NCBI GenBank assembly: GCA_913063835.1
Contig: CAJXZV010000001.1
Location: forward strand, 1,366 to 65,365
Source: an uncultured Eubacteriales bacterium
Lineage (GTDB): Bacteria > Bacillota > Sulfobacillia > UBA995 > UBA9673
Direction: 5' to 3'
Length of the DNA: 64,000 nt
Part shown: in pieces, positions 34,660 to 44,001 of the stretch
Position numbering within the stretch: position 1 is the first letter of the stretch
Layout: every line of letters starts with the position of its first letter
Position numbers and translations under genes: made by a program
The notes under the pieces: model-generated
Database searches by the model: none
Told to the model about the DNA's origin: nothing
What the model saw: the letters and a program-made list of their open reading frames with translations, nothing else

Positions 34660-35506
34660 GCGCGGACTCGGCCGCGGTCTCGACGCCCTCCTGCCTCCCG
34701 CGGAGGACGGCGCTCGGGAGGGGGACATCAGGGAGATACCGGTCAACGACATCGTCCCGAACCGCCTTCAGCCGCGCCACAGGTTCGACCCCGACAGGCT
34801 GGCCGAGCTGGCCGCCTCCATCAAACAGCACGGAGTGGTCCAGCCGGTCATCGTCCGAAAGGTGGACGGCGGGTACGAGCTGGTGGTCGGGGAGCGCAGG
34901 TGGCGCGCGGCGCGCCAGGCGGGCCTCGCCACCATACCCGCGGTGGTCAAGGACGTCGCATCCGACGGGGAGGTCATGGCCGTCGCCCTGGTCGAGAACC
35001 TGCAGAGGCAGGACCTGAACCCGCTGGAGGAGGCCTCCGCCTACCAGTACCTTGTCCAGGAGCTGGGCCTGACCCAGGAGGAGGTCGCCGAGAGGGTGGG
35101 GCGCAGCCGGTCGCAGGTGGCCAACACCCTCAGGCTTCTCAACCTGGACCCGGAAATCCAGGAGGAGATCCAGGCCGGCGGCTTCAGCATGGGCCACGCC
35201 AAGGTGGTGCTCTCCCTTCCCGACCGCCAGAAGCAGTTGCGCCTATTCCGGCTGGTGATGAAGAAGGGCCTTTCCGTGCGCCAGGCGGAGGAGGAGGCCA
35301 GAAAGCTCCTCGCCGGGGAGCGTCCGCGGAGACAGAAGGAGCCCGGCCCGTCGCCCTTCGCGGATATCGAGGCCCGGATGAGGGACGCCCTGGGCACGAG
35401 GGTCGTGGTGAAGGGCAAGGCCACGCGCGGCCGGGTGGAGATCGAGTACTACTCGGCGGAGGATCTCCAGCGCATCGTGGACCTCATCTCGGGGAGCCAT
35501 CCCTGA
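34652..35506 (+). CDS. spo0J: Chromosome partitioning protein ParB/Spo0J
   Basis: RGLGRGLDALL and the ParB box GERRWRAA. Confidence 0.9.
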   Translation: MRKRGLGRGLDALLPPAEDGAREGDIREIPVNDIVPNRLQPRHRFDPDRLAELAASIKQHGVVQPVIVRKVDGGYELVVGERRWRAARQAGLATIPAVVKDVASDGEVMAVALVENLQRQDLNPLEEASAYQYLVQELGLTQEEVAERVGRSRSQVANTLRLLNLDPEIQEEIQAGGFSMGHAKVVLSLPDRQKQLRLFRLVMKKGLSVRQAEEEARKLLAGERPRRQKEPGPSPFADIEARMRDALGTRVVVKGKATRGRVEIEYYSAEDLQRIVDLISGSHP

Positions 35507-35796
35507 GGGTGTCAGGGGGGCCGGCGGGACGGGGACGCCCAGGGACCTGGGCGGGGTTTCGCCAGTGTTCCACGTGGAACATGCCCTTGCCGACACCGTC
35601 CGACAATAAGGAACCGCAGGTGTATGGAGCTGGAAAAAAGGCCCTCCCGACCCTCCCGCACAAGAGTCCGGGGAAGGAATCTGCCTCCAGGGACGAGAAT
35701 ACCTAGGCGGTTTCCCCTGTTCAGGTGGGGTCCTGTTTTCTCTCTTCGGGGAGCGGTGGCGGCTTGGCTCGCAGGGACCGGAACGTCTTCACCATC

Positions 35797-36741
35797 ATGA
35801 TCGTCCCTCACGCAGAGACGAAGGTCTTCACCTTCCGCCTCAGCACCCTTGCCTTTCAGGCCATCTGCTACGGGTTCGTCTGCCTCTTCCTCTTCATGAT
35901 GATCCTCGCCCGGTCGTACCAGACCATGGCCGCGAACATGTGGGAGCTCGAGGAACTCCGCCTGGTCAACCGCGAACAGCGCGAGCAGATAGAACAGCTC
36001 GTCAAGGAGGCCAGAGCCCTCCAAGAGCGGATGATGATCCTCGACGAGCTCGACAAGCAGGTCCGGGAGATGATGAAGCTCGAGTCCTATGACGCGGGCG
36101 ACCGCTCCGTGGCCCTGTCCTCCTTCCCGGGAGGGGGCTCCGACACCGGGCTGGCGGTGACCGCCTCTATGGGCGGAATCGGCGGGGGGCGCCTTCCCCA
36201 GGCCGGGGGTGTGGGGGTCGTCAGCCGGAAGGCCATCCAGGACGCCCTCCGCGCCCGCAGCATCCTTGAGAGCATCGACAGGGAGATGACCGTCAGGAGC
36301 CAGAGCCTGCACGAATTGCGGCGCCTCATCGCGGAGAACATGTCCTACGTGGCGGCCCGGCCTTCGATCTGGCCCGCCTACGGCTTTATCACCTCCTACT
36401 ACGGCTACAGGTTCACCGTCTACGGCTACGAGCACCATGACGGCATAGACATCTCCGGGCGCGTCGGCACCCCCATCGTGGCCACGGCCGACGGCACCGT
36501 GGTCTTCGCCGGGTGGAACGGGCTCTACGGCCGGACGGTGGTCATCGACCACGGGTACGGTTGGAGCACGCTGTACGGGCACTGTGCGAAGCTGGCCGTG
36601 GAGTTGGGTGATAGGGTCAAGCGCGGTGAGGTCATCGGGTTCATCGGGTCGACCGGGAAGAGCACCGGCCCTCATGTGCACTATGAGGTCCGCGTCAACG
36701 GACGCACGGTCAACCCCCGGTATTACCTCGGCGGGAACTGA
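35797..36741 (+). CDS. Membrane-anchored M23 (LytM-type) metallopeptidase with a coiled-coil region
   Basis: N-terminal TM helix and coiled coil. The HxxxD motif (HDGIDI) and HxH motif (HVHYE) are intact. Confidence 0.7.
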   Translation: MIVPHAETKVFTFRLSTLAFQAICYGFVCLFLFMMILARSYQTMAANMWELEELRLVNREQREQIEQLVKEARALQERMMILDELDKQVREMMKLESYDAGDRSVALSSFPGGGSDTGLAVTASMGGIGGGRLPQAGGVGVVSRKAIQDALRARSILESIDREMTVRSQSLHELRRLIAENMSYVAARPSIWPAYGFITSYYGYRFTVYGYEHHDGIDISGRVGTPIVATADGTVVFAGWNGLYGRTVVIDHGYGWSTLYGHCAKLAVELGDRVKRGEVIGFIGSTGKSTGPHVHYEVRVNGRTVNPRYYLGGN

Positions 36742-36855
36742 CCCGGACCCGCCGGCAGCCGCCAGCCGGCGCCCTCTCCGCCTGGGGGCTGCGCTTCCTT
36801 CGTTCCCGTGTCCACCGTCGCCCCGCGCGGCATCTCCTCCGCCTGCAGGCCTGAG

Positions 36856-37383
36856 ATGTCCGAACACGGCTTCACCGGGGTCGGCGCATCGGCGGCGGCC
36901 CCTGACACAACCACTTCCGAAGGAGGCATCGAGGTGTTCAAGAAGGACGGACCGGCAGCGCCGGAGCAGGACAAGGTCAGCACGCTCATCGGTCGGGGGA
37001 CCGAGATAAAGGGGACCATGAAAGCCACCGGAGGCATCCGCATCGACGGACGTGTCGACGGGGAGATAGACCATGACGGCGACCTCGTCGTCGGCGAGGA
37101 AGGCGTCGTGGAGGCCAACGTCAAGACCCGGAACGTGACCATCGCCGGCGAGCTCCGCGGCAATGTCGAGGCTTCCGGTCGGGTGGAGATCGTCGCCACC
37201 GGGAAGATGCTCGGGGACATAATCGTGAGCGCGCTCGTCGTCCACGAAGGCGCCGTCTTCGACGGGAGCTGCCAGATGAGGCGGGCCGAAGGAGGCGAGG
37301 CCAGGGGGCGGACCGCGAGGGACCGCGCCAAGGCCGCGGCGGGCGCATCCCCTGCCGGGGCGGACGCAGAGAAAGCGCGGTAG
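36856..37383 (+). CDS. Bactofilin (DUF583 polymer-forming cytoskeletal protein)
   Basis: Beta-helical repeats LIGRGTEIKGTMKATGGIRIDGRVDGEI...VVGEEGVVEANV...IAGELRGNVEASGRVEI. Confidence 0.65.
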   Translation: MSEHGFTGVGASAAAPDTTTSEGGIEVFKKDGPAAPEQDKVSTLIGRGTEIKGTMKATGGIRIDGRVDGEIDHDGDLVVGEEGVVEANVKTRNVTIAGELRGNVEASGRVEIVATGKMLGDIIVSALVVHEGAVFDGSCQMRRAEGGEARGRTARDRAKAAAGASPAGADAEKAR

Positions 37384-37392
37384 CTTGCGGCG

Positions 37393-38298
37393 ATGAGAGT
37401 GTTGTTCATCGTCAACCCGGTAGCCGGTGGGGGCAGGGGCCTGCGGGTCTGGCGTGCCGTCGAGCGAGCGCTCCTTGAGCGCGGGTGTCCCGCGGAGCAC
37501 CGCTTCACCGGGGGCAGAGGGGCCGCGACCGAACTGGCGGCCGAGGTGCGGCGGGCCGGCTACGACCGGGTCGTCGGAATCGGGGGCGACGGGACCATCC
37601 AGGAGATCGTCAACGGTCTCCTCGACGAGGAAGCCCGCTGCCCCACCGCCCTGGCCGTCATACCGGGCGGGACCGGGAACGACTTCTCCAAGATGCTCGG
37701 CTATCCGCAGAACCCCTTGAAGGCCCTCGAAGTCGCCCTCGGGGGACGCGAACTGACCCTTGACGTCGGCCGGATCGGCCGCCGCTACTTCATCAACATC
37801 GCCGGAGTGGGGTTCGACGCGGAGGTCGCCGCCTTCCTGAACCTGAGGCCGAAGCGTCTCCCCGGAGTCCTGACCTACCTCTTCGGGGTCCTGGTCATGC
37901 TCTTCCGCTACCGACCTGCTCCCCTCGAGCTCGCCATGGACGACCTGACCCTGAAGGAGAAGTGCCTCCTGGTCTCGGTGTGCAACGGACACTCCCACGC
38001 GGGAGGCATGAAGATGTGCCCCGGGGCCAGGCCGGACGACGGCGTGCTCGACATCTGCGTCGCCGGGAACCTGAGCCGGCTGGAAACCCTCATGCTTCTG
38101 CCCCGTGTCTTCTGGGGCGGGCATACCCGCCACCGGAAGGTAAGACTATACAGGACGACGGAGATAAGGATAGCGTCCCGGACTCCGCTCCACGTCCAGG
38201 CCGACGGCGAGGTCCTCGGCCGGCTCCCGGCCGAGATACGCATCGTCCCGGGAGCGTTGCGGGTCATCGGGCCACCGGCGGCCGGAGCCGTGACCTGA
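37393..38298 (+). CDS. Diacylglycerol-kinase-family lipid kinase (YegS/DagK-like)
   Basis: Motifs NPVAGGGRG, GGDGT and GTGNDF. Confidence 0.75.
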   Translation: MRVLFIVNPVAGGGRGLRVWRAVERALLERGCPAEHRFTGGRGAATELAAEVRRAGYDRVVGIGGDGTIQEIVNGLLDEEARCPTALAVIPGGTGNDFSKMLGYPQNPLKALEVALGGRELTLDVGRIGRRYFINIAGVGFDAEVAAFLNLRPKRLPGVLTYLFGVLVMLFRYRPAPLELAMDDLTLKEKCLLVSVCNGHSHAGGMKMCPGARPDDGVLDICVAGNLSRLETLMLLPRVFWGGHTRHRKVRLYRTTEIRIASRTPLHVQADGEVLGRLPAEIRIVPGALRVIGPPAAGAVT

Positions 38299-38330
38299 AG
38301 GGCGCCAGTGAACGTCTCGGGACGTGAGAA

Positions 38331-38996
38331 ATGGTTGGGGGCGTGGGTCAGTTGATCTTCACCGACAGGCGCGATGCGGGCCGACGCCTGGCCGAGGTGC
38401 TGGCCTCCCGCGACCTGGCCGACCCCGTGGTCCTGGGGGTCCCCAGGGGCGGCGTCGTCGTGGCCTACGAGGTGGCCCGGGTCCTCGCCGCCCCCCTCGA
38501 CGTGGTCATCCCGCGCAAGATAAGCGCTCCGACCAACCCTGAACTCGCGGTGGGTGCCGTCGCCCAGGACGGGACGCTTGTCCTCGACGAGGCCATGGTC
38601 AGGACGGTGGGCGTCAGTGAGGCCTACCTGAGGAGAGAGGCCGAGCGCCAGAAAAAGGAGATCGAGCGTCGGCTGAAGCTCTACCGCGGGACGCGGCCCG
38701 CCGTGGACCTGACCGGGGCGACGGTCATCGTCGTCGACGACGGTATCGCCACCGGGGCGACGGTCTTGGCCGCCCTTCGGGGGCTCCGCTCCCAGGAGCC
38801 CGGCCGCGTCGTCCTGGCCGTTCCCGTGGCCCCGCCCGACACCCTGGAGAGGCTGGCCTCTGAGGCGGACGAGGTCGTATGCCTTGCGACGCCGGAGCCG
38901 TTCTACGCGGTGGGCCAGTTCTACCGGCACTTCGAGCAGACCTCCGACGAGGAGGTCGTGGAGCTCATCAAAAGGAGCCGCAGGGAACCGGAATAG
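38331..38996 (+). CDS. Putative phosphoribosyltransferase
   Basis: PRPP-binding loop VIVVDDGIATGAT. Confidence 0.7.
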   Translation: MVGGVGQLIFTDRRDAGRRLAEVLASRDLADPVVLGVPRGGVVVAYEVARVLAAPLDVVIPRKISAPTNPELAVGAVAQDGTLVLDEAMVRTVGVSEAYLRREAERQKKEIERRLKLYRGTRPAVDLTGATVIVVDDGIATGATVLAALRGLRSQEPGRVVLAVPVAPPDTLERLASEADEVVCLATPEPFYAVGQFYRHFEQTSDEEVVELIKRSRREPE

Positions 38997-39094
38997 GGGC
39001 CACCGGAGGACCAATACTAACCCCCGGGTCGCGCCGGCCCGGGGGTTCGCCTTCCTTGGGCGGCGAAGGGCCGGCTGAGGACGGGTAGGGAGGA

Positions 39095-39367
39095 ATGAGC
39101 GTGCGCAAGGCCAGGACCAGGGTCGTGGCCGTCGAGGACGGCCTCAGACCCGTCGCCGAAGCCCTCCGCGAGCGGGGGTACGAGGTGATGACCTTCACGG
39201 AAGGCAACCTCGACCAGGCCGAGGCCTTGGTGGTCAGCGGGCAGGACGACAACCTCCTCGGTGTCCACACGAGGCAGGTTCGTGGACCGGTCATCAGCGC
39301 CGAGGGGAAGACACCGGTGGAGATCGTGCGGAGAGTGGAGAAGGAGCTCGGCGGTCCGGAGGTCTAG
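39095..39367 (+). CDS. UPF0180 protein (YkuS-like)
   Basis: GYEV...GQDDNLLGV...VISAEGKT resembles B. subtilis YkuS. Its stop overlaps the yyaC stop in a CTAG palindrome. Confidence 0.6.
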   Translation: MSVRKARTRVVAVEDGLRPVAEALRERGYEVMTFTEGNLDQAEALVVSGQDDNLLGVHTRQVRGPVISAEGKTPVEIVRRVEKELGGPEV

Positions 39368-40059
39368 CGCACCGCCGGCCTGGGGCCGGCCTGCTCGGGG
39401 AGGCGTCTGGCGGGCATCTGGGCCAGGACGGCCGCGAGGCCTTCAGAGATCACGGTGGACATCTTCATCACCAGGTGAAGACGGGTGTTCTGGAGCACGA
39501 AGTACTCCATGAAGCCCCCGACGTTGACCACGCCGGTGACGTAGAGGTCGCCGACCGGCGGGAGGCTCTTGTTCACGCCGGCCCCGGGGCGGAGGGGGCC
39601 GAGCCCCACGCAGATGGTCCCCACGTTCTCGAGAGTCCCGAGACACGCGTCGACGGCCACCACCACGTGCCCGGCGTATCTCCTGTGGATGGTCTCGAGG
39701 CGCTCGGACAGGTTCCCGGCGTGGACCGGGTCCTCCAGCGTGCCGAAGACCACCTCCCGGTCAGGGACCATGGAGCGGAGCCGGTGGCCGGTCAGGGGGC
39801 CGAGGGCGTCCCCCGTGGACCTGTCCGTTCCCACGCAGACGACGACTATCCCGCGCAGGACCGCCGTCACGCGGGTCAGGGCCTCCCGCACCGCCGTGCA
39901 GAGTCTCGCGTCCGCGGCCGGCTCGTCGACATGGATCCGGACGGACCAGTTCGACCACCGCGGAACCGAGAGGCAGCCCGCCGCTCTGGCCGCGACCTCT
40001 GACGCGGGCCGACCTCTCCCGACACCGGCACGTGGGACGTTGCGCGTGAGTCGCTCCAC
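39364..40059 (-). CDS. yyaC: Sporulation protein YyaC (GPR/HybD-like protease fold); GTG start inferred
   Basis: VVVCVGTDRSTGDALGPLTG motif. The remainder of the 445-aa track ORF is Arg/Pro-rich junk. Confidence 0.6.
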   Translation of the reverse strand: MERLTRNVPRAGVGRGRPASEVAARAAGCLSVPRWSNWSVRIHVDEPAADARLCTAVREALTRVTAVLRGIVVVCVGTDRSTGDALGPLTGHRLRSMVPDREVVFGTLEDPVHAGNLSERLETIHRRYAGHVVVAVDACLGTLENVGTICVGLGPLRPGAGVNKSLPPVGDLYVTGVVNVGGFMEYFVLQNTRLHLVMKMSTVISEGLAAVLAQMPARRLPEQAGPRPAVR

Positions 40060-40253
40060 CTCTCCGGCCTCTCTCGCCGCAAGTGTTACCAAGTATATGC
40101 CCTGCCAGAAGCTGTATGCGTAGGGCGGGGGCCGGCCGGGCCGCCGAGGGGGGAGGACTGGGCCTCGAGGCCGCCGAAGTGCAGGCCGGGCGGGTGATGG
40201 CGCAGTAGGGGCCTGCGGCCGACGGCCGACGGGGCACGCCCCTCGGAACCGGA

Positions 40254-41426
40254 GTGGTGAAGACGAAGACGGCGAGGCCGATACGTATCGGGGCGCACCG
40301 GCGACAGCGCCCGTCCCCGCGTTCCGGCCGCGGGGCCGTCTGGACGGGTCTCTTCCTCCTGCTTCTTGTCGTCGCCGCGGCCGTCTCCCGGGACCTGTGG
40401 GCCGACCTCGCTGGCGGCCTGCTGGGCCTGGGCCGCCAGGCGCTGCCCCAAGGAAGGGTCCTGTGGACGGCGGAGGTCGCCGCGGGGGCTCTGTTCTGCC
40501 TGGACTCGTCCGGCACGGCCTATCTCGCCTACGAACCGCCGGGAGGCGCCCCTCCGGCTCCCCGGACGCGGGTCGTCGCCGTCTCGGCGTCCGGTTCCGA
40601 AGAGAGCCTCGCCGACGTGTCCGGGAGTCCTCTCGCCCTGGGCCTCGAGGAAGTCGAGGAAGTCCCTGCCGGGGAGACGGACGGAGAGTCTCCTCCCACA
40701 CGCTCCCTGCGGGTCGTCCTGGTCGGGACCGGCGGCGGAGACCTCGTCTCGGAGGAACTCCTGTGGCTCGAGCCCCTGGGCTCCGGAGACGGGGCCGAGG
40801 TCGCCCACCGCACCGAGCGGGCCGTCGTCACCTCCGCGGCCGCCCATGCCGACGGTCCGAGCGTGGTGGCCGGGCTCTACGTCCCTGACCCTGCCGGGGA
40901 GGGCGTCCCCGAAGGCCGCGTCATCGCCCTCGGGCCGGCGGGGCAGGAGCTGTGGGCGGCGAAGATGGACCGGCGACCTGTCCACCGTGTCGCCGCCCGG
41001 CCCGGCACGGGCTTCATCGCCGCGGCCACCCCCGAACGCGTGACCCTGTTCGACAGCCAGGGCCACCTCCTGTGGTCCAAGAGGTTCCGCTCAGGGGTCA
41101 CCGACCTTGCTCTCCAGAGCCACGGGGGGCCCGCCGTCGTCAGCGCCGGGCGGCTCCTGAGCCTCGACCGCCGGGGGAACCTCGTCTGGCGGAAGGAAGC
41201 GGAAACGGGCATCACGGCCCTCTCCTGTGCGGCGGACCGCATCGCCGTCGCGGCAGGGGACGGGGTGGTGGTCTACGACGAGAACGGCCTGGCCCGCTGG
41301 TGGGTGCCGTGCGACGGCTCCCCCGTCGAGGTCTCGCTGAGTCCGTGCGGCCGCCTGGTGGCCGTGGTCGTCGACTCCGGGACCCTCCTCGTGGCGGAGG
41401 CGCCCGGAAGGGAGGGCGGCAGGTGA
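40254..41426 (+). CDS. Membrane-anchored PQQ-like beta-propeller repeat protein
   Basis: N-terminal TM helix. Repeated G.(L/V)(L/V)W blades: QGHLLWSKRF, RGNLVWRKEA, NGLARWWVP and GQELWAAKM. Confidence 0.55.
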   Translation: MVKTKTARPIRIGAHRRQRPSPRSGRGAVWTGLFLLLLVVAAAVSRDLWADLAGGLLGLGRQALPQGRVLWTAEVAAGALFCLDSSGTAYLAYEPPGGAPPAPRTRVVAVSASGSEESLADVSGSPLALGLEEVEEVPAGETDGESPPTRSLRVVLVGTGGGDLVSEELLWLEPLGSGDGAEVAHRTERAVVTSAAAHADGPSVVAGLYVPDPAGEGVPEGRVIALGPAGQELWAAKMDRRPVHRVAARPGTGFIAAATPERVTLFDSQGHLLWSKRFRSGVTDLALQSHGGPAVVSAGRLLSLDRRGNLVWRKEAETGITALSCAADRIAVAAGDGVVVYDENGLARWWVPCDGSPVEVSLSPCGRLVAVVVDSGTLLVAEAPGREGGR

Positions 41427-41809
41427 ACAGACGGGCCCTGGTGTTGCTGGTCCGGACGGCTGCCGCCGGCCTGGCCCTCCTCGGCCTCCGGGCGCTCCTC
41501 GCAGGGGGCCCGGGCCAGCCGTCGGTCTGGCTCACGGCGCCGGCGGCCTTCGCCTCGGCCAAACTCGCGGGCGACCTGACCCTGCTCGTCCTGTTCCGTC
41601 ACGCTACGGTCGTCTTCTATGAAGACATCTTCTGGGAACTGGTCGGGTTCATCGTCCTCGGCCTTGTTGCCGCAGGTCTCATCGTCGTCGTCCAGAACCT
41701 CATAGGGGGCCCGGTTTCACCCTACTTCCCGGCCTTCGGGGTCCACCTGGCCTACACGCTGGTGGAGACCGGCCGGGCGGGAAGTGACACGGGGGATGAA
41801 CGACTGTGA
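41423..41809 (+). CDS. Small integral membrane protein (GTG start overlapping the upstream stop)
   Basis: Three hydrophobic helices. Translationally coupled to both neighbouring genes. Confidence 0.4.
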   Translation: MNRRALVLLVRTAAAGLALLGLRALLAGGPGQPSVWLTAPAAFASAKLAGDLTLLVLFRHATVVFYEDIFWELVGFIVLGLVAAGLIVVVQNLIGGPVSPYFPAFGVHLAYTLVETGRAGSDTGDERL

Positions 41810-42513
41810 ACATCCTGGACTGGATCGTGGTGGCCTGCCTGACCGTCGGCGCGGTGCGCGGTCTCAGGCGCGGACTCGTGCGCAGCGTCCTGGGGCTGGC
41901 CGGACTCATTCTCGGGCTCGTCGTGGCCTCCCGCTTCTACCGCCCGCTGACCGAGTACCTCGAACTGCACTACGGGGCGGTCACCCGCATGGCCTCCGGG
42001 ATTGCCGCTCATCTACCCCTCCCGTCGACGGTGGCCGCCACGCCGGCGTCCGAAGGGGGGGCCTTGGTCGAGGCCGTCCAGGGAATGGGCCTGCCCGAGT
42101 TCGTCACGGGATACCTGGTGGCTGGTGCCGAGCAGCTTGCCAACCTGCCGGACGCCGCCACCGTGGGCGAGGCTCTGGCGACTCTCCTCGCCTCCTCTGT
42201 CGTCGGGGTGCTCTCCTTCGTCGCCCTGTTCGTGGCGACGCAGGTCCTCACGGCGCTCCTGGCATGGGTCATCTGCGGGATGATATCCGTGACCCCGCTC
42301 GTGGTCGTCGACAGGCTCGCCGGGATGGTCCTGGGTGCGGTCTACGTCGGGGTCGTCGTGACCCTGGTCATCGGAGGTCTCGCCCTCCTGGCCGGGATGC
42401 CGGCTTTCTCCTTCATGACCCAGGTGCTGGCGGCGTCCAAGACGGCCCCGTTCTTCCTGGACCTGTTCGAGCTTCTCCTCCCCCGCATCCCGGACTGGCT
42501 GTCCTTGGGGTAG
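41806..42513 (+). CDS. cvpA: CvpA-family membrane protein (colicin V production protein)
   Basis: MNILDWIVVACLTVGAVRGLRRGLV N-terminus and four TM helices. Confidence 0.7.
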   Translation: MNILDWIVVACLTVGAVRGLRRGLVRSVLGLAGLILGLVVASRFYRPLTEYLELHYGAVTRMASGIAAHLPLPSTVAATPASEGGALVEAVQGMGLPEFVTGYLVAGAEQLANLPDAATVGEALATLLASSVVGVLSFVALFVATQVLTALLAWVICGMISVTPLVVVDRLAGMVLGAVYVGVVVTLVIGGLALLAGMPAFSFMTQVLAASKTAPFFLDLFELLLPRIPDWLSLG

Positions 42514-42623
42514 GCGGGGCGGAGCTGACCGGCGGCGGGGCCGACACGGAGGAAGAGGTCCGCCCCCCGGGGGTGGGGTCGTGACCCGGGGGGAACAATG
42601 CTGGCGGAGGAGGTTCGGCGCAC

Positions 42624-43589
42624 TTGGCTCTCCGTGAGACACTCGGAAGGCTCTGGCAGGCGGCGGCCGGTATCGACTGGGGGGAGACCGGCCTCGCCGC
42701 CCTCTGGGCCCTGGTGAAGATCGCGGGTGTCGTGTTCCTGGCCCGGCTCCTCACCGGTTTCGCGAGCCGCCTCATCGACCGGCTCGCCGAGCGCGAGGGG
42801 CGGCACCACAGGTTTCTCGGTGACGAGCGCCGGTTCCGCACCATCGGCGGCATCATCAAGGGCGTAGTGCGGTACGCCGTCTACTTCTTCGCCGGGGTGA
42901 CCATCCTCAGCATGCTCGGCATCGACACCTCCTCCATCCTGGTCGGTGCGGGCGTCGTGGGGCTGGCCGTGGGGTTCGGCGCTCAGAACCTGGTGCGGGA
43001 TGTCATCAGCGGGTTCTTCATCCTTTTCGAGGACCAGTTCGCCGTCGGGGACTACATCGCCGCCGCCGGCGTGGACGGCATCGTGGAGGAGATGAGCCTC
43101 AGGACGACGCGGCTCCGTGCCTTCGCCGGGGACCTCCACATCATCCCCAACGGCATCATCGACAAGGTGACCAACTACAGCCGGGGCGCGATGCGGGTCC
43201 TCTTCGAGGTCGAGGTCGCCTACGAGGAGGAGACGAGCAAGGTCATAGAGCACGTGCAGGAGATCCTGGACCGTTTCGCGGCCGAGTCCGAGGTCGTCGT
43301 CGAGGGGCCCAGGGTCCTCGGCGTCTCCCAGCTCGGCGCCTCGGGCGTGTCCATAATGGTCTGGGCGAAGGTCAAGCCGATGGAGCAGTGGGCCGTTGAG
43401 CGCGAGTTGAAGCTCCGCATCAAGGAGTCCTTCGACCGGGCCGGTATCGAGATCCCGTACCCGCGGCGGGTCTACATCTACGGCGGGAACCTCAAGGACG
43501 AGAACCCGCCCCCTGCACCCTTCGGGGCGTCCGCGCCCGGCGACGCCGGCCGTGACGCCGGCGGCGGCGACAGGGGGGAGGACCGGTGA
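42624..43589 (+). CDS. mscS: Small-conductance mechanosensitive channel (MscS family)
   Basis: GFGAQNLVRDVISGFFILFEDQFAVGDYI pore and beta-domain signature. Confidence 0.8.
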   Translation: MALRETLGRLWQAAAGIDWGETGLAALWALVKIAGVVFLARLLTGFASRLIDRLAEREGRHHRFLGDERRFRTIGGIIKGVVRYAVYFFAGVTILSMLGIDTSSILVGAGVVGLAVGFGAQNLVRDVISGFFILFEDQFAVGDYIAAAGVDGIVEEMSLRTTRLRAFAGDLHIIPNGIIDKVTNYSRGAMRVLFEVEVAYEEETSKVIEHVQEILDRFAAESEVVVEGPRVLGVSQLGASGVSIMVWAKVKPMEQWAVERELKLRIKESFDRAGIEIPYPRRVYIYGGNLKDENPPPAPFGASAPGDAGRDAGGGDRGEDR

Positions 43590-43828
43590 CCAGGCCGCTG
43601 TTCCCGGGTTCGGTCAAGTACCACGTGGGGGACATCGTGGAGCTGCGCAAGACGCATCCCTGCGGCGGGCGGGAGTGGGAGATAACCCGTACCGGGATAG
43701 ACTTCGGCCTGAGATGCACGACCTGCGGGCGCCGGGTGATGCTTCCGAGGCACAAGTTCGAAAAAAGGGTCAAACGCATCGTGCGCTACGCGCTGGACCT
43801 CGAGGGCCAGACGACTCCGGGCACCTGA
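43586..43828 (+). CDS. DUF951 protein (YyzM-like)
   Basis: 80 aa with a CxxC...CxxC pattern. It sits upstream of rpsF, as yyzM does in B. subtilis. Confidence 0.55.
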   Translation: MTRPLFPGSVKYHVGDIVELRKTHPCGGREWEITRTGIDFGLRCTTCGRRVMLPRHKFEKRVKRIVRYALDLEGQTTPGT

Positions 43829-44001
43829 GGCATCCTCTCGGGCCGGGGCTGGGCGCGCCTTTGCCTTCCCCCGGCCGCTGGGTTATAATTGAGCCCGTCC
43901 TTACACCACCCGCCCCGCACCGCGTTGCGGGGCCTTCCCGGTCGGCGGCCTGGAGGCCAGGAGACGGGCCGGCCGGGATGTCCGAGGGAGGAGGTGACCT
44001 G

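Noticed and set aside
35512-38133. 873-aa minus-strand ORF spanning the M23 peptidase, bactofilin and lipid kinase genes
   Set aside because: It lies antisense to three well-supported plus-strand genes. Its composition is Gly/Arg/Pro/Asp-rich low-complexity sequence typical of antisense frames in roughly 70% GC DNA. No domain signal.
39364-40701. Full 445-aa minus-strand ORF
   Set aside because: Only the C-terminal roughly 230 aa (the YyaC domain) looks real. The N-terminal 200 aa are Arg/Pro/Gly-rich junk antisense to nothing coherent, so the gene is truncated to a GTG start near 40059.
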